This document shows positions 19,401 to 27,291 of a stretch of 51,238 nt of DNA, one piece after another. The stretch covers positions 1 to 51,238 of the forward strand of contig JANNSF010000175.1 in NCBI GenBank assembly GCA_031402315.1, written 5' to 3'. How positions within the stretch are numbered: position 1 is the stretch's first letter; the number at the start of each line of letters is the position of its first letter. The notes under the pieces are model-generated. The model saw nothing but the letters and a program-made list of their open reading frames with translations, did no database searches and was not told where the DNA came from. A program made the translations under genes and the position numbers. Origin of the DNA: a bacterium. Its GTDB lineage: Bacteria; CLD3; SB21.

Positions 19401-19604
19401 CCTATAGCTCTTGCCCTTGGCGCGGGCGCAAAAAGCCGAATTCCGATGGGTATCGTGGTGATTGGTGGATTATTGTTTTCTTTAATGCTGACCCTCTACG
19501 TTATCCCGGCCATCTACGCTTTATTAAAACGTGATAACCCGCAAGTCTTAGCGGTGAATCCGAAATCAGCAGAACATGCTGTGGTTACGACAGAGATTTC
19601 TTAA
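16491..19604 (+). CDS. Efflux RND transporter permease (AcrB/HAE1-like)
   Basis: 1,037 aa with 12-TM topology and two large periplasmic loops. The N-terminus (CIRRPVLAIVLNLGIILFG) and the VVDDGIVVTENI motif are characteristic of the family. Confidence 0.95.
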   Translation: MSLSETCIRRPVLAIVLNLGIILFGAIGFTFLGVREYPSIDPPVITVRTSYTGANADVIESQITEPLEKSINGIAGIRLISSASNQGSSNITVEFNLEIDLETAANDVRDKVSQALRQLPQDIDAPPVVTKADANSDAIISMTVQSDIRNILELSDFAENFIGERLQTIPGVSSVQIWGQKRYAMRIWMDPEKLSSYQLSPLDVRSALDRENVDAPSGKIYGDQTELSIRTKGRLTTEEEFNNLIISSTGQRTIRLKDIGYAILGPENEETVLKQSGQPMVGVALIPQPGSNYVEIAEEFYKRVDQLKKDVPSDYRLNLALDNTRFVKRSIKEVEETLLIAVALVVLIVFLFFRDWVVAIRPLIDIPVSLIGAFFIMYIADFSVNILTLLAIVLATGLVVDDGIVVTENIFKKIENGLSPMEAAFKGSREIFFAVISTSITLAAVFLPVIFLQGFVGRLFREFGVVIAGAVLISAFVSLTLTPMLSSRMFRKNKKHTRFYEMTEPFFVYMTDAYRRSLEKFISRKFISIGIVVAAIVLIFVVGAFLPSELAPLEDRSLIRLSVTAPEGASFDYTDRFLNEIVALVNDSIPEKRIFLTVTAPGFAGSGAPNTGFGRLVLTEPDQRNRSQQQIAGILGAKVRNYPDARTFILQEQTISAGGGGRGGLPIQFVIQAQSFDKLKDVLPKFLEEVSKDPTFQGFDANLKFNRPELQVSIDRNRARSLGISIADVAQTMRLALSGQRFGYFVMNGKQYQIIGQVAREFRDEPLDLKSLNVRTRDGQMVQLDNLVTVSEQSGPPQLYHYNRYQSATISAGIAPGKTMGEGIEAMRVIGKKILDDTFSTALAGPSRDYAESSSNILFAFFLALILIYLVLAAQFESFLDPFIIMLTVPLALAGAVLSLWYFNQSLNIFSQIGMIMLIGLVTKNGILIVEFANQLREKGNSLRDSILEGSTLRLRPIVMTTLSTILGALPIALALGAGAKSRIPMGIVVIGGLLFSLMLTLYVIPAIYALLKRDNPQVLAVNPKSAEHAVVTTEIS

Positions 19605-19607
19605 TAA

Positions 19608-20147
19608 CTAGGCGATCTGACTCTCACTTTTCTCATCGACGACAAAAAGGGATTGACCTTTTTCGACGTTTTTGCCCTCGCTAATATTCAATTTTTTCAG
19701 TATTCCCTTTACAGGAGATTTTATTTCATTCTCCATTTTCATGGCCTCCAAAATCATAACGCCTTGCCCCTGCTCAACAGGGCTTCCCTCTTTGAGCAGA
19801 ATCTTACTGACCAATCCTGGAATTGGCGCTTTGACATCGCCGGCTGATTTGACCTTCGTATGCCCGATATGCGATTTCATAAGATAGGTTCGCTCGTCTT
19901 CGACGTCGAATTCAAAACGGTAGCCTCTTGTAAAAACCGCACTGCGCGAGCCTTTTCGGTCAATAATGACGCGATAGGATTTGTCATTGACGAGCATGGA
20001 ATACAAGGATCCACGGCCGGCCGGTTTAAAATCCACATCAAACTTTTCTGCCATGGGACCATGACCGATCGTCATTTTTAATGAGTCGCCTTCTTCAAAA
20101 ACTTCGACTTCGTACTTTTGATTTTGATTCGTGACAATGTATTTCAT
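19608..20147 (-). CDS. Biotin/lipoyl attachment domain protein (BCCP-like biotin carrier)
   Basis: The C-terminal ~70 aa carry the biotinyl-lysine motif (ILEAMKMENEI). The N-terminal ~100 aa are of unknown type. No carboxylase partner lies adjacent. Confidence 0.7.
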   Translation of the reverse strand: MKYIVTNQNQKYEVEVFEEGDSLKMTIGHGPMAEKFDVDFKPAGRGSLYSMLVNDKSYRVIIDRKGSRSAVFTRGYRFEFDVEDERTYLMKSHIGHTKVKSAGDVKAPIPGLVSKILLKEGSPVEQGQGVMILEAMKMENEIKSPVKGILKKLNISEGKNVEKGQSLFVVDEKSESQIA

Positions 20148-20208
20148 TTGAAATTCGATTTGGATTGAATAATTTATTTCAATTCACGAGTAAAGTTAGT
20201 GAAATCTA

Positions 20209-21210
20209 ATGAAAAATCAATCTAATCCCGTCTTTCAGAATCGATACGTCTATTTTTTTAGCCTTGTTCTTCCTTTTGTCACTCTGACAGGAAACATAAT
20301 GGGCTACCCTTACTCCGGGATCGGAATATTTTTTGCTTTGGGGATTTACCCTTTACTCGATGTGCTATTGGGCGATTCGGAGGGCATGAATCTGGAATCG
20401 GGCGATCCGGATTTTTTTGATATGATTTTATATTTTCATGTTCTTTTTCAGGCTCTATGCTTTGTGTCGTTATTCTACACGACGAAAAAATCGTCAGAGT
20501 TCCCTTGGCTGTCGGTACTCTCCACCGGCATAAATTCAGGTATTTCAGGCATTGTGATTGCGCACGAATTGATTCATCGAAAGCATGTGTTGCAGCGTTA
20601 TCTTGGAATTTTTTCTTTATGGACGGTCAATTATATGCATTTTTACGTGGAACATATTCGCAGGCATCACAAAGATGTGGGTACCGATTTAGATCCGGCT
20701 TCGGCACGATACGAAGACGGATTGTTTTGGTTTTCAATAAAAACAATCCCGTCCCAGTGGTGGAGCGCCTTTACAATCATGCGTGAAAGGAGCGGGATTA
20801 TTAATCTTGTCATTGCTTTCATGTTTTTGCAACTCATTTCGAATTTTACTATTTACGTTCTGCTTGGAGAAATGGCTTTTTTGGTAGCTTTATCCCATAG
20901 TTTGTTGGCCATTCTTCTTTTGGAATTTGTTAATTATATCCGCCATTGGGGACTGCGACGCGATCCCACGGAAAGAGTTGCGGTGGCGGATAGTTGGCAG
21001 TCGAATGCGCGCTGGAGCCGTTGGACATTGATCGAATTGACCCGTCACGCCGATCATCACTATCTCGCTTCGCGAGAATATTGGAAATTGAAATTCTATG
21101 AGGAAAGCCCTTCTCTTCCGGGAGGCTACTATGCCTGTTTTTACTTAGCTCTCTGCCCGCCGTTTTGGAGAAGGATTGCCGGTAGACGTCTCCCAAAAAC
21201 CCATCATTAG
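20209..21210 (+). CDS. AlkB-like integral-membrane di-iron hydroxylase (alkane 1-monooxygenase / fatty-acid desaturase family)
   Basis: All signature boxes appear in AlkB order: HELIHR, EHIRRHH, NYIRHWG (the NYxxHYG-like box) and RHADHH. The N-terminal half is hydrophobic. Substrate unknown. Confidence 0.8.
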   Translation: MKNQSNPVFQNRYVYFFSLVLPFVTLTGNIMGYPYSGIGIFFALGIYPLLDVLLGDSEGMNLESGDPDFFDMILYFHVLFQALCFVSLFYTTKKSSEFPWLSVLSTGINSGISGIVIAHELIHRKHVLQRYLGIFSLWTVNYMHFYVEHIRRHHKDVGTDLDPASARYEDGLFWFSIKTIPSQWWSAFTIMRERSGIINLVIAFMFLQLISNFTIYVLLGEMAFLVALSHSLLAILLLEFVNYIRHWGLRRDPTERVAVADSWQSNARWSRWTLIELTRHADHHYLASREYWKLKFYEESPSLPGGYYACFYLALCPPFWRRIAGRRLPKTHH

Positions 21211-21265
21211 ACGATAGGCCTATTGACGCAGCCCCTTTGACGAGAAGGTTAGCGATTTCGTGTTC

Positions 21266-22141
21266 TTATAACTTCTCTGGAAAATACTTAAATATTGTTT
21301 TGTTGTACCACGCCTCGCAAAAGTAGAACATGCCAATGGCCAGCGCAATTCCTGCAAACACATCTACAACGTAATGGTAAAAACAATACGCGGTTGATAC
21401 CACAAGCCCTAGGATAAAAGGCAAAAACCACAAAAATAGATCACGACGATAGCGGTACGAATAAAATAGCACCAAAAGAGCAATCGCAACGTGACTGCTT
21501 GGAAATGCGGCCCCGGGTTTCTCCGCATGCTCATACAGCCAGTCCATGAAAACGACAAACGGTCCTCCATTTAGAAACCTGCCGATTCGATCTTCCAAAG
21601 GACCGCGAACCGGTATCACCAGATAGCAAAGGTAACAAATGTAAAACGTGAGTGTGATTCCAAACAGCATTCTGAAAAAATTGGCATTTCGCGATGAAAA
21701 GAGAAGAGCACCGAAAAGAATGGGAATTACGTAGTAGGAAAAATAACACAAATGAAAGAATTCATTGATCCAAAAATTGTTCCAGTGCTCATAGAGCCAG
21801 ATATTTGGATCGCGACCGAAAAGCATGAGATCCGCATTTCGGAATGCGTCGTCCCAAAATTCTTTAAAAACCAATTGATTGAGTAAGCCCGTCTCAACAA
21901 ATAACAGGGCATAGGTTAAAATGACATACCAGTGACGGATGAATCTGAAGAGGGGTTTTTCGGAATCACCAAAGTAAAATACAATTCCAACAGAAGCTGC
22001 AATAGCCATGGAATGACAAAATAGGAATATGGGCCAACCGTTCAGATCATTATGAAAGAGGGTAACCAATATCAGTATTATTGCCTGATAAACTATGAAC
22101 GCGATATCGCCCGGATTTAGATTTTTTAGAAATCTTGTCAT
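21266..22141 (-). CDS. PAP2-superfamily membrane phosphatase/phosphotransferase (sphingolipid-synthase-like)
   Basis: Multi-TM protein with PAP2 C2/C3 motifs (PSSHVAIA and YHYVVDVFAG). The start is set at the ATG at 22141, which forms an ATGA overlap with the stop of the upstream SDR gene. The ORF is open to 22171. Confidence 0.7.
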   Translation of the reverse strand: MTRFLKNLNPGDIAFIVYQAIILILVTLFHNDLNGWPIFLFCHSMAIAASVGIVFYFGDSEKPLFRFIRHWYVILTYALLFVETGLLNQLVFKEFWDDAFRNADLMLFGRDPNIWLYEHWNNFWINEFFHLCYFSYYVIPILFGALLFSSRNANFFRMLFGITLTFYICYLCYLVIPVRGPLEDRIGRFLNGGPFVVFMDWLYEHAEKPGAAFPSSHVAIALLVLFYSYRYRRDLFLWFLPFILGLVVSTAYCFYHYVVDVFAGIALAIGMFYFCEAWYNKTIFKYFPEKL

Positions 22142-23199
22142 AACCAATCGTGTGCTTTGTACCAATTCCAAGTCTCCCGGCAGCCTCGCTCGATTTGGAA
22201 TTGCGCCTTGAACCCCAATTCCTCACGAATCTTTTTGGAGGTGCACGTCCACGCTTTCTGCCGCAGTTCAATGATCTTCTGTCGGTTAAGAAGGGCGGGT
22301 GATTCTGAAAAATGCGCCAAAAATTCCGCGAAGTAAGCGGCCGCGACAATTATAGATTCCGGTATCACAAGGGAAATGGTTTTACGTGCACTTGCTTTTT
22401 TGATGGCCTCATTAAATTCTTGCCATGTATAGACATTTCCATCATCGACATAGTACGTTTGACCATGACTCCGAGACGACTCTCCGGCCAAAATGATGGC
22501 ATCGACAAGATCATCAACATAGACGATACTAAAATATTTCTCTTGGAACCCAACCGACAAACATAGGTGTTTTGCGATACTTCGGAAAATTGAGAGAATA
22601 TCTTTTTCACGCGGACCATAAACCGCGGGTGGGCGAATAATCGTAATCGGAAGCTTATCAAAATATTCTCGTGTAAGCTTCTCCCCTTCGAATTTACTTT
22701 TACCGTAATGGGTCAATGGATTGGATGGAAAAGATTCTTCCCGAGGCTTATCCTTTTCGGACGGCCCGGCCGCCGCAAGACTGCCGACATGAACAATTTT
22801 TTTAACGGACGAATTGCTGTGAAGACACGCCTCGCAAATGTTCCGGGATCCTTCGGCATTTATTTGATAGTACGTTTTTTCATCTTTTGCCTTCGTGATG
22901 CCACCGCAGTGAAAAACATAGTCCATATCTACGACCGCGCGATTCAAGGAATCAAGATCCGTAACGTTGCCTTGAATCCAATTAATTGACTTATTTGTAA
23001 GCCAGCCGTAATTCCTATGGCGAATTAGACAAAAAACTTCGTATCCACGTTCCAGTAGTTTTTCCGCCAAATGGCTTCCAATAAAGCCTGTTGCGCCGGT
23101 TATCAATGCCTTCAATGGGTGAGTTCTTTCTACAGTCTGCTTCCGCCCGAAATTCGTGGTGCGTACATGGTCACGCTTGACTCGTTTCGAAGCGTGCAA
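22138..23199 (-). CDS. NAD-dependent epimerase/dehydratase (extended SDR)
   Basis: Rossmann motif ITGATGFIGSHL plus extended-SDR length. The ~33-aa basic N-terminal extension may reflect a later, non-ATG start. Confidence 0.8.
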   Translation of the reverse strand: MHASKRVKRDHVRTTNFGRKQTVERTHPLKALITGATGFIGSHLAEKLLERGYEVFCLIRHRNYGWLTNKSINWIQGNVTDLDSLNRAVVDMDYVFHCGGITKAKDEKTYYQINAEGSRNICEACLHSNSSVKKIVHVGSLAAAGPSEKDKPREESFPSNPLTHYGKSKFEGEKLTREYFDKLPITIIRPPAVYGPREKDILSIFRSIAKHLCLSVGFQEKYFSIVYVDDLVDAIILAGESSRSHGQTYYVDDGNVYTWQEFNEAIKKASARKTISLVIPESIIVAAAYFAEFLAHFSESPALLNRQKIIELRQKAWTCTSKKIREELGFKAQFQIERGCRETWNWYKAHDWL

Positions 23200-23222
23200 T
23201 GCCGATTTAGGATCTGATTTCT

Positions 23223-24335
23223 CTAAATAGTTTTATCGTAAAGTCGATAGCGCTTGTAGACTTTAGCCCCCATATTCTCGAGCGGCCGATTCATCGCCAT
23301 ATTATCTTCCAGTATCCAAGACATTTCAGCCCACTTATAATTTTTACGCATCGCCGTTTCAAAACATTTGTAATAGAAAACCGCATCAATACCGAAACTT
23401 CGATAGTTCTTTTTTAGGCCAAGCGTGATAACTCGCAGAGATTTGATGGCCCCGGATCGTGTATTCAAAAGAAGAGTGATTAATCCGAAAGGCAACAGTC
23501 GGCCGTTTTTTATTTTTTGTAAAGCTTCGTTGATATTGGGAATCACAAGCGAAAAACCAATAGGTTCGCCATTTTTCTCCGCGATGAATAAAAAGTCGGG
23601 ATCAAGAATCTGTTTCAACTGCGCCCCGAGGTGGTCAAATTCCCGGTCGGTCATTGGAATGAAGCCCCAGTTGCGCTCCCAAGCGTCGTTGTAAATCTCT
23701 TTTATGCGGGCAACTTCTCCCTTAAAATCCTTCATATTCGCACAACGAACAGTAAATCCACCTCGCTTGGTAATAAGTTCCGCGCCACGTTTGAGCCGTT
23801 CCGGAGCCTCTTTGGGCACGTCAATTCGATACGCCAGGAGATCCTTCGATTTTTGTAATCCGAATTGCTCAAAAAACTTAATATAGTACGATGGATTATA
23901 AGTCATCATGATCTGTGCCGGCTGGTCAAAGGAATCGATTAAAAGGCCACAATCGTCATTCGTCGAGAGATTCACAGGCCCTCTGAATGTATCCATGCCT
24001 TTTGATTTCACGAAGTTACGTGCCGCATTCAAAAGCGCTTCGGCGGCCGGATAATTTTCCATACACTCGAACATTCCAAAAAAGCCGATTATGTCTTCGT
24101 GAAAAACATTGTGGGCGTGATTGATGATAGCCGAAATTCGACCTTGAGCCACCCCATTTTCATAAGCCATGAAGTGGGCAACTTCCGCATGGTCAAAAAA
24201 AGGATTTTTCTTGGGATCGAGAAATTCCGTCCGCTCCATTAGGAGAGGTGGAACCCAATTTGGATCACTTTTATAGACTTTCCACGGAAATCGAATAAAT
24301 TCTCTGAGTTTTGTAACCTGTTTTACTTCAATCAA
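23223..24335 (-). CDS. Uncharacterised two-lobed GNAT-fold-like acyltransferase family protein
   Basis: 370 aa. The pattern (FIRFPWKVYKSDPNWVPPL...GRISAIIN...GFFG.FE...GPVNLSTNDDCGLL...NWGFIPMT..EF) recalls a conserved family usually annotated as GNAT-like N-acetyltransferase. This is a recognition-level call only. Confidence 0.45.
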   Translation of the reverse strand: MIEVKQVTKLREFIRFPWKVYKSDPNWVPPLLMERTEFLDPKKNPFFDHAEVAHFMAYENGVAQGRISAIINHAHNVFHEDIIGFFGMFECMENYPAAEALLNAARNFVKSKGMDTFRGPVNLSTNDDCGLLIDSFDQPAQIMMTYNPSYYIKFFEQFGLQKSKDLLAYRIDVPKEAPERLKRGAELITKRGGFTVRCANMKDFKGEVARIKEIYNDAWERNWGFIPMTDREFDHLGAQLKQILDPDFLFIAEKNGEPIGFSLVIPNINEALQKIKNGRLLPFGLITLLLNTRSGAIKSLRVITLGLKKNYRSFGIDAVFYYKCFETAMRKNYKWAEMSWILEDNMAMNRPLENMGAKVYKRYRLYDKTI

Positions 24336-24447
24336 TTTTCAAAATTCTTTCATTTAAGTGACCAAACATAGCTATTTCACGAAAAGATTCAAATACCAAA
24401 AAAGCCTTGCATGACTTTGCCATTTTCTATATGTTTGCCCCGCTCTT

Positions 24448-24513
24448 CAATGAGCAATGAACAATGAACAATGAGCAATGCGTTCTTTGTTGGTCATTGC
24501 TCATTGTTCATTG
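24448..24513. repeat. Heptamer tandem repeat (CAATGAR x4.7) forming a 19-bp perfect hairpin immediately upstream of tRNA-Lys
   Basis: 24448-24480 reads caatgag caatgaa caatgaa caatgag caatg. 24495-24513 (cattgctcattgttcattg) is the exact reverse complement of 24462-24480. The loop is 14 nt, and the tRNA begins 5 nt after the right arm. Confidence 0.7.
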
Positions 24514-24518
24514 TATCC

Positions 24519-24591
24519 GCGACCATAGCTCAATTGGCAGAGCAAATGACTCTTAATCATTAGGTTGAAGGTTCGATTCCTTCTGGTCGCA
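24519..24591 (+). tRNA. tRNA-Lys (anticodon CUU)
   Basis: Hand-folded cloverleaf of 73 nt. Acceptor stem GCGACCA/TGGTCGC, D arm GCTC-AATTGGCA-GAGC, anticodon arm AATGA-CTCTTAA-TCATT (anticodon CTT), variable loop AGGTT, T arm GAAGG-TTCGATT-CCTTC, discriminator A. CCA is not encoded. Confidence 0.9.
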
Positions 24592-24719
24592 CTCAAAATA
24601 AAGCTCTAAATTTTTAGATTGATTGTTCGTTTGACAGTATCAAATACTGTGTGTACGTTTGTTTTTACTTACCCGAATATAATTTTGAAATTGCAATAAC
24701 CGCTTATGAGTAGGGTGTT

Positions 24720-25700
24720 ATGAAAAAGCTTATTTTCTTTGTTGCTCTAATCATGTTTTTTAGTTCATGTCTTACTCCAGAAGAAAACTATTGCGATAAA
24801 GATATTTACAGATACCTAACTGTTCGCTCTATTATGAGTGTTGGTGGTAATACTACGATATGGACAGACAATAGAAATTACTTGTCGACCGATGGGGGCA
24901 ATAAATGGTCAAAGACAACACGCGCATTTCGATACCTTTATTCTTATGTAATACATGATTCCCAGATCGTTGCTTCCACGGAAAAGGGAATTCTAACATC
25001 CTTAGACGGCGGCCTGAGTTGGACTGGACCAGTCATCGGCGCTCCACTTGGAATAAGTACTATCATCAACATTGGAGAAACGTATTTCGTATTTGGTTAT
25101 GACTTGTATCGCAGTGTATTGTATCGCAGTATGGATCGCGGGATGAATTGGAGCGTTCTCTCTTCAAATTTACCAGATAACTCTTATACTTATGGTAGTT
25201 CAATAACTGTTCTTGATTCACAAATCTTTGTTTGTCGTAATGGAGAAGTTTACTCGTCCAAAAATCTCGGAGTTTCATGGCTCGAGCTGACCTTGGCAAT
25301 TTCCGACACGTTTGTTTTGGAAAGTGTGTTAGCTATTGGAAATTATCTCTTCGCGATTAATTATAAAATCGATCTTACGGAGCGTGACATGTTTATGTCC
25401 GCAGATTCAGGAAAGACTTGGGCATTAACGGGATCGAAACTGGGTTTTCATCGTTTCTTAAGCATCGGTGCGGAGATCTATTTATTTAACTTTTGCGGAG
25501 AGCTCCTCAAATTTAATGGAGAAAACTGGGATTTCATTGGCAAGCCATACGAACGATGTGAACATCCAGCCTTTTGTGTGATTGGAACAAATATTCTCGT
25601 CGGAACAGATGATCGAGGACTATTTTATTCTGCTGATAGTGGAAAAACTTGGGCATCAAAAAACAACGGTTTCCCTTTGGTCAGTGATTGTGACCGATAG
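24720..25700 (+). CDS. Lipoprotein with BNR/Asp-box-like repeats (probable beta-propeller)
   Basis: Lipobox (FFSSC). Six S-x-D-x-G-x-x-W-type boxes are present: STDGGNKWS, SLDGGLSWT, SMDRGMNWS, SKNLGVSWL and SADSGKTWA twice. Confidence 0.6.
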   Translation: MKKLIFFVALIMFFSSCLTPEENYCDKDIYRYLTVRSIMSVGGNTTIWTDNRNYLSTDGGNKWSKTTRAFRYLYSYVIHDSQIVASTEKGILTSLDGGLSWTGPVIGAPLGISTIINIGETYFVFGYDLYRSVLYRSMDRGMNWSVLSSNLPDNSYTYGSSITVLDSQIFVCRNGEVYSSKNLGVSWLELTLAISDTFVLESVLAIGNYLFAINYKIDLTERDMFMSADSGKTWALTGSKLGFHRFLSIGAEIYLFNFCGELLKFNGENWDFIGKPYERCEHPAFCVIGTNILVGTDDRGLFYSADSGKTWASKNNGFPLVSDCDR

Positions 25701-25719
25701 TAAGAGATAAATATTCTGT

Positions 25720-26514
25720 ATGATGAATTTGAAAAAACTAAAGACCATTCTCGGTGTTATTCTTGGCATAGTGGCGTCTACTACCTTGTTTTCTCAAGAC
25801 ACAAAAGCTACGCTGAATCTTTCTACCACACCCGATCATGCGCAGGTATGGATGGATGGAGTCTATATGGGCCGATCTCCTGTGATCATAAAAGAAATTG
25901 ATGAAGGCCCGCACCGGATTACAGCGAAATTTTATGCTGACGGGAGAGCCTTTGTCGGCGACATCGAACTTCCTTTTTTCAGCGGGCAGGATAAAGATTT
26001 TTGTTTAACTTTAAGACCGCTCCTCGATGAGTCTGCGATCGAAGCGGCGTTGTCATTCGGTGGCTCTTTTGTCAGGCTTAGAAGCGACCTCGACCCGACA
26101 AGAAGACTCCATAAGAAATCGTCCAATGTCAATATCGCACTCATTATGCATCCGCCAACGAATAATTTATGGAGTAAGTGGTCCATTACGGTAAGTTATG
26201 AGCATCGCGATCCTTCGATAACCACAGACGGCGAAGCGTTTGCTGCTATTTTTGGTTATGATTTCAATGAGTTGGACGAAACGCTGTCGATCTTTCCTCA
26301 GATAGGTGTCAGCCAATTTAATTTTAGAAAATCCGGTCCGGGTTTTCCGAATGGCCTGATCATCGGCATGCGTTGCCGGATTAAATTAATTGGACGTTAC
26401 AGTATTCATACCTACCTCAATCATGAAGCTTATCCTGATTTGCCCGTAAAATATGATTCCCGAAAAATCAAAGCGAGCGGCTCGTATTTTGGCCTAGGAC
26501 TATCTTACCGGTAG
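25720..26514 (+). CDS. PEGA-domain protein with C-terminal beta-barrel-like region
   Basis: Signal peptide, then a PEGA-type segment (AQVWMDGVYMGRSPVIIKEIDEGPHRITA). The C-terminal half has alternating hydrophobic beta-strand-like periodicity. Confidence 0.55.
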   Translation: MMNLKKLKTILGVILGIVASTTLFSQDTKATLNLSTTPDHAQVWMDGVYMGRSPVIIKEIDEGPHRITAKFYADGRAFVGDIELPFFSGQDKDFCLTLRPLLDESAIEAALSFGGSFVRLRSDLDPTRRLHKKSSNVNIALIMHPPTNNLWSKWSITVSYEHRDPSITTDGEAFAAIFGYDFNELDETLSIFPQIGVSQFNFRKSGPGFPNGLIIGMRCRIKLIGRYSIHTYLNHEAYPDLPVKYDSRKIKASGSYFGLGLSYR

Positions 26515-26557
26515 AGCATTGGGAACCGACCTCGATTTGTTTTTCTAATAATCCCCT

Positions 26558-27205
26558 TTGTATTTGGCATCGCGTAGCTTAGATTTTAGTATGTTTTCTT
26601 TTAAGAAAAAATCCGTGGCTCTGCGGGAACCCGATCTTATTTGGAAGTCCCGGGATCTAAAGAATTCAAACCTGCTCCTAAATGCGCACAAGAAAATTTC
26701 AGAAGGTTGTCGGGTATTGATTCTTTGCCATTTCAATCAAACTCTTCGGGATTTTTCAACGACTTTAAAAACACTAAATTATCCAAATGACTTCGAGCGC
26801 TGGACGCAAGGATACTATTCGGAGTTATGTATCGGCCTTTCAGAAAATTTGCCTGAAATAGCATGGACGGACTCGCCGCAAGAGCGATGGATTTTTGTGA
26901 CGGAATTTTATCCGATTCCATTACGCGATGAAAAAATCGTTGCCTGGGCAGGACCTTATACGCATATTGGTTTTTATGATTCGATGGATTCGCCTTTGTT
27001 CAAATTATTTGGCAGCGAGCAGATGATCACACTTCTTGAAGGACTTGGTTGGAATGATACGGAACCTATGTCTAACAGTATGATTACGAAGGCGCTTCAG
27101 AACGCCCAGAAGAGGGTTCTAAAGAAGATGCTTGTTGATAATCCCGCAGGGTCAAGTGAAGAGTGGTTTGAAATTAACTATCCGAAAGTGAATTCCGCAC
27201 AATGA
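26558..27205 (+). CDS. Hypothetical cytoplasmic protein
   Basis: Long ORF in the same direction as its neighbours, with no recognisable motif. The start may instead be the ATG at 26591 (MFSFKKK). Confidence 0.4.
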   Translation: MYLASRSLDFSMFSFKKKSVALREPDLIWKSRDLKNSNLLLNAHKKISEGCRVLILCHFNQTLRDFSTTLKTLNYPNDFERWTQGYYSELCIGLSENLPEIAWTDSPQERWIFVTEFYPIPLRDEKIVAWAGPYTHIGFYDSMDSPLFKLFGSEQMITLLEGLGWNDTEPMSNSMITKALQNAQKRVLKKMLVDNPAGSSEEWFEINYPKVNSAQ

Positions 27206-27291
27206 TTTTCCGTCCAAATAGTCTTGTAATTGAACGGGTTCAAGTATCGCAATATAAGGTACTTACTATAAAGTATTAACGAGGTTGATGT

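Noticed and set aside
24448-24513. CRISPR array or minisatellite
   Set aside because: The repeat unit is 7 nt with no spacers, and the total length is 66 nt. It is a heptamer array with a hairpin, not a CRISPR. No CRISPR-like repeat-spacer pattern was seen elsewhere in the window.
24592-27291. Genomic island integrated at the tRNA-Lys 3' end
   Set aside because: I found no direct repeat of the tRNA 3' segment (ggttcgattccttctggtcgca or parts of it) downstream, and no integrase there. Only a low-interest note is kept.
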